Shown piece by piece: positions 36,650 to 46,526 of a DNA stretch of 64,000 nt. The stretch lies in contig WXFD01000043.1 of the NCBI GenBank assembly GCA_009877105.1, positions 55,602 to 119,601 on the forward strand, read 5' to 3'. This DNA is from Bacteroidales bacterium. Its GTDB lineage: Bacteria > Bacteroidota > Bacteroidia > Bacteroidales > VadinHA17. The notes below the pieces were generated by a model, which was given only the letters and a program-made list of their open reading frames with translations, was not told where the DNA came from and ran no database searches. The number at the start of each line of letters is the position of its first letter. Position 1 is the stretch's first letter. Made by a program: the position numbers and the translations under genes.

Positions 36650-37549
36650 TCATGTATTTTCTTCGACATATCTGATTATTTCCGGTATGCTTTCCGGATC
36701 GAACCATTTTATATCCTTATCCTTTGCCCACCAGGTGATCTGTCTTTTTGCATATCTTCTGCTGTTCCTTTTTATCAGCCTGACGGCTTCGTCCCTTGTT
36801 ATCCTGCCTTCAAAAAAACCGAAGAACTCACTGTAGCCAACACATTTCAGGGCATTATGGTTCTTCATATTGAAGAGATTCCTTGCCTCTTCCTCCAGGC
36901 CCTGGCTGATCATATTGTCGACCCTCTGGTTGATCATTTCATATAATAGCTCCCTCTCCCTGATTAAACCTATCCTGAGAATGTCAAAATCCCTTTCAGC
37001 TTTTCTTTTTGTGAGAAAAGCTGAATAGGGCCTGCCAGTTGTTTCACAGATCTCAAGTGCCCTGATGATCCTCTTGTGATTCTTCAGATCGACTTTTGAG
37101 TAATAATCCGGATCATACAATTTCAGTAAGACCCTGAGGCTTTCCAGACCCTCTTCCCTGTACAGCCTGTTGAATTTGTATCTTATTGCTGGATCTGTAT
37201 CAGGAATATCATCTATACCATTGATAACTGCGTCGATATACATTCCCGAACCGCCGGCCATAATAACCCTGCTGTTTTTCTCAAACAGGGTAGGAAGAAG
37301 CCTGAGAACATCCCTTTCAAACAGGCTGGAACTGTAATAGTCTTTTAATGATAGAAATTTAATGAAGTGATGTTTCACAAGACTCAGGCAGCTGTCGGGA
37401 GGAACAGCTGTTCCGATGGTCATTTCCCGGTAAAACTGACGTGAATCTGCTGAAATGATTTCTGATCCGAAATGACAGGCAAGCTTAACTGCAGTATCAC
37501 TCTTTCCGACACCAGTCGGGCCGAGCACGACTATCAGGGTGTTTGCCAT
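36650..37549 (-). CDS. miaA: tRNA dimethylallyltransferase
   Basis: 299 aa with P-loop VLGPTGVGKSD, DSRQFYREMTIGTA and AKRQITWW. Confidence 0.92.
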   Translation of the reverse strand: MANTLIVVLGPTGVGKSDTAVKLACHFGSEIISADSRQFYREMTIGTAVPPDSCLSLVKHHFIKFLSLKDYYSSSLFERDVLRLLPTLFEKNSRVIMAGGSGMYIDAVINGIDDIPDTDPAIRYKFNRLYREEGLESLRVLLKLYDPDYYSKVDLKNHKRIIRALEICETTGRPYSAFLTKRKAERDFDILRIGLIRERELLYEMINQRVDNMISQGLEEEARNLFNMKNHNALKCVGYSEFFGFFEGRITRDEAVRLIKRNSRRYAKRQITWWAKDKDIKWFDPESIPEIIRYVEENT

Positions 37550-37569
37550 TGAATTTGAGCCCGGAAAGG

Positions 37570-38130
37570 CTATTCGTCGTCTTCGTTAAGGTTGTCGATA
37601 TTTTCGAAATCGGGAAGCGAATCCTCATCTTCACCGTTCAGGAACAGATCATCTACTTCAGGCTCATCATCATCTTCATTCTCATCATCGGAAACCACGA
37701 TAAGGTTATATAATTTGCGCGAACTGCTTCCGAAAACCACCTGCTTTGGCGGAACACCTTTTGAATTTGTGCAGACCGGATATTCCCTGCCTTCTATTTC
37801 TTTTGCCTCAGAGGTGTATTCAATGTAAAGGGCCCTGTCGTTAAAAAAGTCAAAGACATACAGCAGTTTCTGATTTTTCCTGAAAATAATATCTTCAAAA
37901 ACTGCTGATTCCATCGTTGATGAACCAGTACCCATGTCAAAAAGGGTAAACTCTTCCTCCTTTTCCCAATTATCGGTTGCCAGATAAAACGACGCCATCT
38001 GAGATTTGTCAAATTCCAGTTCCTCCTGAATAAGGTTGTGAAAATCCATCAGGTTTTGTGTGTCAAGGAATTCAAATTCCCTTACAAACGATTCATCTTC
38101 ATCTGATAATACAACAAATTTATAAACCAT
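37570..38130 (-). CDS. Conserved hypothetical protein with strongly acidic C-terminal tail (possibly MM3350/pRiA4b ORF-3-like fold)
   Basis: 186 aa. It begins MVYKFVVLSDEDESFVREFEFLDTQNLMDFHNLIQEEL and ends in a D/E-rich tail (SDDENEDDDEPEVDD...NLNEDDE). The family assignment is tentative. Confidence 0.5.
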   Translation of the reverse strand: MVYKFVVLSDEDESFVREFEFLDTQNLMDFHNLIQEELEFDKSQMASFYLATDNWEKEEEFTLFDMGTGSSTMESAVFEDIIFRKNQKLLYVFDFFNDRALYIEYTSEAKEIEGREYPVCTNSKGVPPKQVVFGSSSRKLYNLIVVSDDENEDDDEPEVDDLFLNGEDEDSLPDFENIDNLNEDDE

Positions 38131-38186
38131 GGCACAATTTATTCTAGCGGTGCAATATAGTATTTTTTATTTTACAATAATCCGGC

Positions 38187-39215
38187 TCAATTTATTTTTA
38201 GAAGAAATTCCAATGTGTCGATTCCGTCAGCATAATCCCACAGGTACGGCGTTTGAGCTGAACCAAACGGTACGTTTTCCTTGCTGACGATACATTGAAT
38301 TCTGTTTTTCATCAGTTCTGTTTTCCTGATAACGTTTTCAGGCGAATCGTAGTATTCAAAGTACAGGACTGCAACGGGAGAGGATATTCCCTGGTCTTCC
38401 CTGAGCAGCAGGAAACCTGCGTCGGTGAATGTATTTTTATTTATCAGGTAAACTGCCTTGTTATATTCATAATTATTGAAATATTTATGGTGCTCCGTCA
38501 GTGATGAGTATTTTTTCCACTTCCTTACAATCCCGGTGATATCATAGCCATCGGGGATAAAGATTTTTGACACATTCCGGCATCCCAGTCCGAAGTACGA
38601 GAACACATCAGACCCCAGCATTTCAAGTTCGCGGTCAGTTTCATCACCTTCAATAACCGCTATACTGTTCCTGTTTTTCCTGATAATATGAGGGTATCTG
38701 CCAAAATAAAACTCGAAGTATCTTGAGCTGTTATCGCTACCGGTAGCTATAACACAGTCAAATCCTGATATTGGGCCGTCAGCAAATTTCACCTTTGTCG
38801 AAAATCCACTGTTTATTTCACTTAAAATGTTATGTATAAGCCTGATCAGCTCGGAGTCCTTCGAGCTTGTTTTGGCTATCAGGTTAAAGCCGGAAATAAG
38901 TACTGACAGGTAATCGTGAAATCCTGCAAGCGGAATGTTTCCTGCCATTACAACGGCAGCAGTGCCTTTTTTTTCGTTTGTGGCAAGCCCGGGGTAATTA
39001 CCAGTCCATTTTATCAGATTTTCCATTGTGAGTTCCATGGCAATTGATTGTATTGCCATCCTGACATTTTCGGGAGTGAACCATGGATTACTGAATTGCT
39101 GGCTGATGATTTTATCTTCGATCAGAGCAGAGTATCCCGTGATGTTTCCTGCAATTGATTCCCTTAAAACCCTTCCAAGTTCGGCGAACGATTCAATTCT
39201 CTCCTCGAGTCTCAT
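38187..39215 (-). CDS. LuxC-like acyl-CoA reductase family protein
   Basis: 342 aa. The overall pattern (NPWFTPENV..., AVVMAGNIPLAGFHDYLSVLISG, GLGCRNVSKIF) resembles the Bacteroidota 'acyl-CoA reductase' family. The catalytic-Cys context GCRN is present. Confidence 0.6.
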   Translation of the reverse strand: MRLEERIESFAELGRVLRESIAGNITGYSALIEDKIISQQFSNPWFTPENVRMAIQSIAMELTMENLIKWTGNYPGLATNEKKGTAAVVMAGNIPLAGFHDYLSVLISGFNLIAKTSSKDSELIRLIHNILSEINSGFSTKVKFADGPISGFDCVIATGSDNSSRYFEFYFGRYPHIIRKNRNSIAVIEGDETDRELEMLGSDVFSYFGLGCRNVSKIFIPDGYDITGIVRKWKKYSSLTEHHKYFNNYEYNKAVYLINKNTFTDAGFLLLREDQGISSPVAVLYFEYYDSPENVIRKTELMKNRIQCIVSKENVPFGSAQTPYLWDYADGIDTLEFLLKIN

Positions 39216-39580
39216 TAACGGAATTTTTTATGTATCTTATTGGCTGCAAATTTATTTAAATAATGCTTTTCTGCCAATCCAGGTTTTTTGGCAGGTCGGG
39301 CGAACCGAAGAACATCAGCACGATTTCATTTAATGAGTTGAAACTGAATCATAGGCACCCCTAAACAACGATTCGCACCGGTAAAAGGATTCTATTATTG
39401 CCCTCCGGTAGAAAATGCATGAGAAAAAGTGTACTTTTATTGTCTTTTCCGGTAAGTTCAGAAGCGGTATAATCAGGTATGAAATCCACATGATACAGAA
39501 TCACAAACGAGCATGGGAAAAAATCATGTGGGTTCCATGTGAACCACTTCGTCTTCAGTAGTGTATAAATTTATTTTCAC

Positions 39581-40822
39581 ATGAAAATAAGTGTTTTCAG
39601 GGAAAATCTAAGAATCTCTGTAAGGGCGATTCAGTCCAACAAGGTAAGGGCCATTCTTACAATGAGTATTATTGCTTTCGGAATCATGGCCCTGGTAGGT
39701 ATACTGACTGCCATAGATGCCATAAAAACTTCATTGACGTCTCAGTTTACCATAATGGGGGCCAATACGTTCACAATAAGCTCGAGGGTAATAAGTATAC
39801 AGCATGGAGCAGGCGGCAGGCGAGCGAGGAATTATTCACGGATCTCATACAGGGAGGCTCTTGACTTCAGGGAACGCTTTGCTGAGCCTGCATGGGTTTC
39901 AGTAGGATATAACGCAACGGCGATGGCCATAGTCAAATACGGCAGTCAGGAGACCAATCCAAATATTTCATTGAGGGGAGTGGATGAAAATTATCTCACC
40001 GTTTCGGGCTATGAAATTGGCAGCGGCAGGAACTTCAGTGCTGATGAGGTTCAGCAAAACAGACGCCTTGTCCTTCTGGGATCAGATGTTGCAGATGGTA
40101 TTTTCCCTTCAGGGGTTGATCCGGTTGGACAGGAAGTGGTGGTCTCCGGACTGAGGCTGCAGGTGGCAGGAGTACTGAAGAGCAGGGGGGCCAGTGTGAT
40201 GAGTGATGACAAGGTTTGTTTCATGCCCGTTACAACTGCAAGACAGTATTTCTCACGTCCGAACATGAACTTCAGTATTACGGTTATGCCGATGAATCCT
40301 GTGAATCTCGATGTTATGACGGGCGAGGCGGAAGCGGTATTCAGAATCGTGAGGAATCTTGCCCCTGAGGATAAATCGGATTTTTCCGTTTCGAAAAGCG
40401 ATTCTATCCTGAACATGCTCCTGAAAAATATTAAATACGTTACCCTTGCAGCCACCCTTATCGGAATAGTTACCCTTTTCGGGGCGGCAGTCGGGCTAAT
40501 GAATATTATGCTGGTATCGGTTACCGAAAGGACCATGGAAATAGGGGTCAGGAAAGCAATCGGCGCCAAGACTTCCACAATAAAATATCAGTTTCTTTAT
40601 GAATCGATCATGATAGGACAATTAGGCGGCATATTCGGGATCATTCTCGGGATAATTATGGGTAATGTTGTTTCAGCAATGCTCCGTTCAAGCTTTGCTG
40701 TTCCGTGGATATGGATCGTAACAGGTATAATGGTTTGTTTTGTGGTGGGAGTTGTTTCAGGATATGCTCCTGCAGTGAAAGCTGCAAACATTGATCCGAT
40801 TGAGGCATTGCGGCATGAGTAG
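39581..40822 (+). CDS. ABC transporter permease, MacB/FtsX type
   Basis: 413 aa with an N-terminal TM helix, a large periplasmic domain and a C-terminal FtsX-like 3-TM module (ERTMEIGVRKAIGAK). No adjacent ATPase gene. Confidence 0.85.
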   Translation: MKISVFRENLRISVRAIQSNKVRAILTMSIIAFGIMALVGILTAIDAIKTSLTSQFTIMGANTFTISSRVISIQHGAGGRRARNYSRISYREALDFRERFAEPAWVSVGYNATAMAIVKYGSQETNPNISLRGVDENYLTVSGYEIGSGRNFSADEVQQNRRLVLLGSDVADGIFPSGVDPVGQEVVVSGLRLQVAGVLKSRGASVMSDDKVCFMPVTTARQYFSRPNMNFSITVMPMNPVNLDVMTGEAEAVFRIVRNLAPEDKSDFSVSKSDSILNMLLKNIKYVTLAATLIGIVTLFGAAVGLMNIMLVSVTERTMEIGVRKAIGAKTSTIKYQFLYESIMIGQLGGIFGIILGIIMGNVVSAMLRSSFAVPWIWIVTGIMVCFVVGVVSGYAPAVKAANIDPIEALRHE

Positions 40823-41011
40823 GAAAACGGGCATAAAAAAAGCTGTTCCGGAAGCAGGAATCTGTTAATCACAAAGACGGGAAAAATCCTAAAGGCAGGG
40901 TAATCCTGATATTCAGAAATTTACCTGTGCAGGTTTAATTTTACCCTTGCGTTCATTGTGTTTATAAATACCTTCGGAACAGCTTTCTTATTATTGTTTT
41001 ACAACAGGATT

Positions 41012-42076
<1,065 letters not shown>

Positions 42077-42090
42077 TCAAAAAGCAGTTG

Positions 42091-42900
42091 CTAATAAATT
42101 GGGGTTCCTCTCCTCCGTCGGAAGATGTAGGAAAATTTATTGGTCTCGGGGTTGAGGGGATCAATTACCACCCCAAATCGGTAACTGACGAATAATGAGA
42201 AGAATATTGCTTTGTTGTCGGTCGTTGCCATTATCGGTATCTTTTTGGGAAATCCGTTGATCTGGGCACCGATTTCAATGGCATGAATTACCTTATCCTC
42301 CTTGCTGTATTCAAAATTGAATCCGCCCTTGGCATAAAGACCGGGAAGGAGTTTTGTTTCACCGAAGCCCTTTATGAATGAAGCTTTACTGTATACGTCA
42401 TAAGGCTGATGTGTATTTACATCGATTTTTTCTTCCCTGATCGCAAATTCATAGGATGATATCGGGTACAGTATTTTGTAGTATATGGGTTTGTATATTG
42501 CAATTACGGGCCCGCCTTCATAGAAATACCTTATTGCAACGCCTCCAAGGTCAGCTTTCTGGAACAGTTCGCGCTGGTGCCCGTAACTTCCCCTCAGGTA
42601 CATCACCGAGTTAAGCTTTCCGAAAACAAATGTGCCGGGAGTCTGATAGATAGGATTTGTCATTTTGTGTTCCCTGGGATGTTTCAGGGTGCCGGCTTCT
42701 ATCTCAAAAAAGCGCTTGTTGAAGTAATCAACCCGTTTTGCTTCGCGGTAACCGATTCCGATCCCGTCGGAGCTGAGCAGGAGCCCAAATGACCTTTCAT
42801 TACGTAAAAACACCCTCTGCTGCTTATCAATTTCTCCCTGTGCCAGTATTATACCGGTACAACAATTTATAAGCACAAAGAATACAAGCAGCTTCTTCAT
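42091..42900 (-). CDS. Hypothetical exported protein, probably outer-membrane beta-barrel
   Basis: 269 aa with a signal peptide MKKLLVFFVLINCCTGIILAQ, alternating hydrophobic beta-strand-like pattern, and an aromatic C-terminus. Confidence 0.5.
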   Translation of the reverse strand: MKKLLVFFVLINCCTGIILAQGEIDKQQRVFLRNERSFGLLLSSDGIGIGYREAKRVDYFNKRFFEIEAGTLKHPREHKMTNPIYQTPGTFVFGKLNSVMYLRGSYGHQRELFQKADLGGVAIRYFYEGGPVIAIYKPIYYKILYPISSYEFAIREEKIDVNTHQPYDVYSKASFIKGFGETKLLPGLYAKGGFNFEYSKEDKVIHAIEIGAQINGFPKKIPIMATTDNKAIFFSLFVSYRFGVVIDPLNPETNKFSYIFRRRRGTPIY

Positions 42901-42947
42901 TAATCATTTGAATGAATAAGTGGAGATCCTGCTAGATCCGGCAGCAC

Positions 42948-43073
42948 TCAGACATTATCTTCAGCCTGCTCAGTTTCATTTTTGGAGTATGCCGGACAAG
43001 CTTTCTCATTACATGAGCTGACAAATATTGCAGTTATAAAACATAACACAAGCAAAACAGCAATCTTTTTCAT
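42948..43073 (-). CDS. 41-aa lipoprotein (below the ORF-track length cut-off)
   Basis: The minus strand ATG AAA AAG ATT... encodes MKKIAVLLVLCFITAIFVSSCNEKACPAYSKNETEQAEDNV*. The lipobox is FVSS|C, and a TAnnTTTG element lies 25 nt upstream. Confidence 0.45.
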   Translation of the reverse strand: MKKIAVLLVLCFITAIFVSSCNEKACPAYSKNETEQAEDNV

Positions 43074-43097
43074 AAAACCATGTAATTTATTAGTTCA

Positions 43098-43105
43098 CAA
43101 AATTA
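43098..43105 (-). promoter_or_regulatory. Candidate -7 promoter element (TAATTTTG on minus strand) for the 41-aa lipoprotein gene
   Basis: The plus strand CAAAATTA at 43098-43105 is TAnnTTTG on the minus strand. Confidence 0.4.
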
Positions 43106-43235
43106 AGATATTCACTTTAAAAACAATCTTTGTGCCAAATTATTATTTTAAGGCTCATCATTTTGTTCTTTAACCGTAATTTCAAAACATAATTATTATA
43201 AAATTGTTGTACCGGAGGAATTAAATATTTCAGAA

Positions 43236-44159
43236 ATGAAATTGAGGACATGGATCATATTTTATCTTTTATTTATGGGAACAGATTTGTTTTCTCAGGG
43301 CAGACTGCCTTATAATGATCTTACATTACAGGAGTCAAGGGTTATTGTAAACAAGGGAACAGAGATTCCTTTTACCGGGGAGTATACCGACCATTATGAA
43401 AACGGAACCTATATATGCAAAAGATGCGGGGCTGCTCTTTATTATTCATCATCCAAGTTCCGCTCAGACTGCGGCTGGCCCAGTTTCGACGATGAGATAA
43501 AGGGGGCCGTGAACAGGTTTCCCGATCCCGACGGCAGGAGGACGGAAATTGTATGCTCATCGTGCGGGGCGCATTTGGGTCATGTTTTCACAGGAGAACA
43601 CAATACCTCAAAGAATATAAGGCACTGCGTGAATTCCGTTTCACTCGATTTTGTGCCTGTCCATTTGCAACCCGGAAGGTACGGCACCGCAATTTTTGCG
43701 GGCGGATGTTTCTGGGGAGTGGAATATTTTCTGCAGAAGGCTGAAGGTGTTTATTCAGCTATATCCGGTTACACGGGTGGACATGTCAGGAATCCCTCCT
43801 ACAGGGAAGTCTGTACGGGAACGACTGGTCATGCTGAAGCTGTTAAGGTTATTTATGATCCGGTCAAAACTTCATATGAAAAACTGCTGAAGCTTTTTCT
43901 GGAAATTCATGATCCGACCCAGGTCGGCAGGCAGGGGCCGGACATTGGTGAACAGTACAGGTCAGAAATATTCTATCTCAACGACGAACAAAAGGAAGCA
44001 GCTGAAAGGAATATTGCTGTTCTGAAAGGAAAAGGGATCAAAGTTGTTACTGCAGTGACAAAAGCCACAGAGTTTTTCCCTGCCGAGGAATACCATCAGA
44101 ATTATTATTTCAACAACGGAAAAACTCCATATTGCCACGTATATACAAAGCGATTCTGA
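43236..44159 (+). CDS. msrAB: Bifunctional methionine sulfoxide reductase MsrB-MsrA with N-terminal signal peptide
   Basis: 307 aa with signal-like MKLRTWIIFYLLFMGTDLFSQ. The MsrB zinc/catalytic motifs are CKRCGAALY, CGWPSF, CSSCGAHLGHVF and RHCVNS. The MsrA motif is GGCFWGVE. Confidence 0.9.
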   Translation: MKLRTWIIFYLLFMGTDLFSQGRLPYNDLTLQESRVIVNKGTEIPFTGEYTDHYENGTYICKRCGAALYYSSSKFRSDCGWPSFDDEIKGAVNRFPDPDGRRTEIVCSSCGAHLGHVFTGEHNTSKNIRHCVNSVSLDFVPVHLQPGRYGTAIFAGGCFWGVEYFLQKAEGVYSAISGYTGGHVRNPSYREVCTGTTGHAEAVKVIYDPVKTSYEKLLKLFLEIHDPTQVGRQGPDIGEQYRSEIFYLNDEQKEAAERNIAVLKGKGIKVVTAVTKATEFFPAEEYHQNYYFNNGKTPYCHVYTKRF

Positions 44160-44187
44160 CTGGCTGCAGAAAAGTGTTTCCTCGTCA

Positions 44188-45321
44188 TTACACTTTTGTC
44201 CATACGTTTCCGTTGGCATCAGAGTTAACAACCGCATGGATGAATTTCATTCCGCGAACTCCCTCATGCACCGTGGGGAATTCTCCCGGAATGAATTCTT
44301 CACCCCTGATTGACTTGGCAGCACCCCTGTAAATATTTGCCAGAGCCTCGTAGATTCCTTCAGGATGCCCCGGAGGCATTGTATGGCTGATTTCCGCGAA
44401 TTTTCCGTTGTAGTCATGAGCAGGTTTGAAGACCCTGGTCGGTTCCGTGTCGCTCAGCATATACAGATAGTTCGGATTTTCCTGTGCCCATTTGAGACTT
44501 GCCCTGGATCCATAAACTGCAATTGTAATACCGTTTTCCTCGCCGCCGCATACCTGGCTCGCCCTGATAACACCCTTGAGATAGCCGCCGAACCGGAGCA
44601 GAACTGTTCCGTCGAGATCGAGCTTGATATTATCCTTCACCCTGCTCAGATCCGAAAGTATTTCCCTTATTTCCAGGCCGGTTGTATATTCAATCAGGTT
44701 AAATGCGTGGACTCCGATGTCTCCCATACAGCTGCTTACCCCTGCATGCCGGGGGTCTAGTCTCCAAACCCCTGTTATCCTGCTTTCTGTGCCGTGAATG
44801 AACGAATTGATCCATCCCTGGTAATACTGTGCATCTATTCTCTGGATTGTACCCAGTATGCCCTGGGAAATTAAGTCGCGCATCTGGCGGACCATGGGAT
44901 ACCCTGTATAGGTGTGTGCCAGAGCAAAAGTAAGTTTGGTCTGGTTTACAATCTCTTCGAGCTCAAGGGCTTCCTCTACCGTCATTGTCATAGGTTTTTC
45001 ACACACGATATGGAATCCGTTCTCAAGAAGCATCCTGGCAGCGGAATAGTGCAGCGCATTTGGAGTCACAATGGCAACTGCTTCCATTCTTTTGTTGGCA
45101 GGCAGGGCTTTTTCAGCTTCAATAAGTGATTCAACGCCACTGTAGCATCTTGAGAGATCAATACCCTCATTTACGGCAAATTGAGTGTTTTTTTCGCTGT
45201 TGGAGCTGAATACTCCGCCAACAAGTTCATAATCGTTGCATATGCGCGAGGCTCTCCGGTGAGCATCTCCTATAAAAGCACCGGGACCTCCGCCGATCAT
45301 TCCCAATCTAATTTTTTCCAT
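44188..45321 (-). CDS. Gfo/Idh/MocA family NAD(P)-dependent oxidoreductase
   Basis: 377 aa with the Rossmann N-terminus IRLGMIGGGPGAFIGDAHR and the EKP motif (VCEKPM). Confidence 0.85.
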   Translation of the reverse strand: MEKIRLGMIGGGPGAFIGDAHRRASRICNDYELVGGVFSSNSEKNTQFAVNEGIDLSRCYSGVESLIEAEKALPANKRMEAVAIVTPNALHYSAARMLLENGFHIVCEKPMTMTVEEALELEEIVNQTKLTFALAHTYTGYPMVRQMRDLISQGILGTIQRIDAQYYQGWINSFIHGTESRITGVWRLDPRHAGVSSCMGDIGVHAFNLIEYTTGLEIREILSDLSRVKDNIKLDLDGTVLLRFGGYLKGVIRASQVCGGEENGITIAVYGSRASLKWAQENPNYLYMLSDTEPTRVFKPAHDYNGKFAEISHTMPPGHPEGIYEALANIYRGAAKSIRGEEFIPGEFPTVHEGVRGMKFIHAVVNSDANGNVWTKV

Positions 45322-45403
45322 GTTATACGGTTATAAAAAGTTTGCTTCAATAATACAATCTGCAGGTAAGGATGGTTTAAATATTACCGGGTGAGCAGGA
45401 TCA

Positions 45404-46396
45404 TTATTTTTCAAATGCTGAATCAAATGCAATGTCTGACGGTGCAAAGTCGATCGATTTAACAAATTCGCATGCTTCAGCAGCGCCGTGTTCCCGGTCC
45501 ATACCACTGTCTTCCCATTCAACCGACAAGGGCCCCTTGTAACCTATCCTGTTCAGTGCCCTGATAATTTCCTCGAAGTTTATATTGCCGCGTCCCGGAC
45601 TCCTGAAATCCCAGAACCTTCCTAAGGTTCCGAATTCTGTATGTCCCCCGAAAACGCCCGCATCAGCGGGAGTATCTGACCAGCCGGCATCTTTTACATG
45701 AACATGAAATATCCTGTCGCGGAATTCATAAATGAATTTCACATAATCAACTCCCTGGTATCCGAAGTGCGACGGATCGTAATTGAACCCGAAGGCGGGG
45801 TGGTTATCAACAGCTTCCAATGCTCTCCTTGCTGATGCAATATCGAATGCAATCTCGGTCGGATGCACTTCCAGGGCGTACCTGATACCGAGTTCGCGGT
45901 ATGCGTCCAGGATGGGTTTCCACCGGCGTGCAAATTCCCTGAAGCCGTTTTCAATCATAGCCGCCGGAACAGGCGGAAATGAGTAGCAGAGATGCCAGAT
46001 TGGGCTTCCTGTGAAACCATTAACAACAGAAACTCCCAGCCTTTTTGCCGCTTCACCCGTTTTTATCACTTCCCGGGCAGCCCGCTCACGGACTCCTTCA
46101 GGATCTCCGTCGCCCCAAACATGTTCAGGAAGGATCCCTTTATGCCTCTCATCAATGCGGTCTGCCACTGCCTGACCAACAAGGTGTGTTGATATTGAGA
46201 ACACTTTTAAATGATGTCTGTCAAGCAACTCCCTTTTTTTCATGCAATATTCGTCTGTAGCCTTGTCAACCTCAAAATGATCGCCCCAGCATGCAAGCTC
46301 AAGACCGTCATATCCGAACGAAACAGCCTTGGCACAAACAGTTTCAAGTGGCAAATCGGCCCACTGGCCCGTGAATAATGTTACTGGTCTGCTCAT
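45404..46396 (-). CDS. Xylose isomerase-like TIM-barrel protein (sugar phosphate isomerase/epimerase family)
   Basis: The ATG at 46396 ([12 protein letters not shown]) gives 330 aa. The pattern [14 protein letters not shown]..., ALEVHP, HVHVKD, SVEWED is typical of the AP_endonuc_2/xylose isomerase-like fold. Confidence 0.8.
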   Translation of the reverse strand: MSRPVTLFTGQWADLPLETVCAKAVSFGYDGLELACWGDHFEVDKATDEYCMKKRELLDRHHLKVFSISTHLVGQAVADRIDERHKGILPEHVWGDGDPEGVRERAAREVIKTGEAAKRLGVSVVNGFTGSPIWHLCYSFPPVPAAMIENGFREFARRWKPILDAYRELGIRYALEVHPTEIAFDIASARRALEAVDNHPAFGFNYDPSHFGYQGVDYVKFIYEFRDRIFHVHVKDAGWSDTPADAGVFGGHTEFGTLGRFWDFRSPGRGNINFEEIIRALNRIGYKGPLSVEWEDSGMDREHGAAEACEFVKSIDFAPSDIAFDSAFEK

Positions 46397-46526
46397 AGTA
46401 TTGTTGTTTTGATTTGATTGAACCTGATTCAATGGTTCATGCTAAGATAAGAAAATCCTTTTCATAAGCTCTTCCGCTTCCTTCAGAATTTGCTTACTTT
46501 GTGTATAATCTTCAAATTAATTGTCT

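Noticed and set aside
40051-40578. 175-aa minus-strand ORF antisense to the ABC permease gene
   Set aside because: It is antisense to a gene with a clear MacB/FtsX architecture and has no supporting signals.
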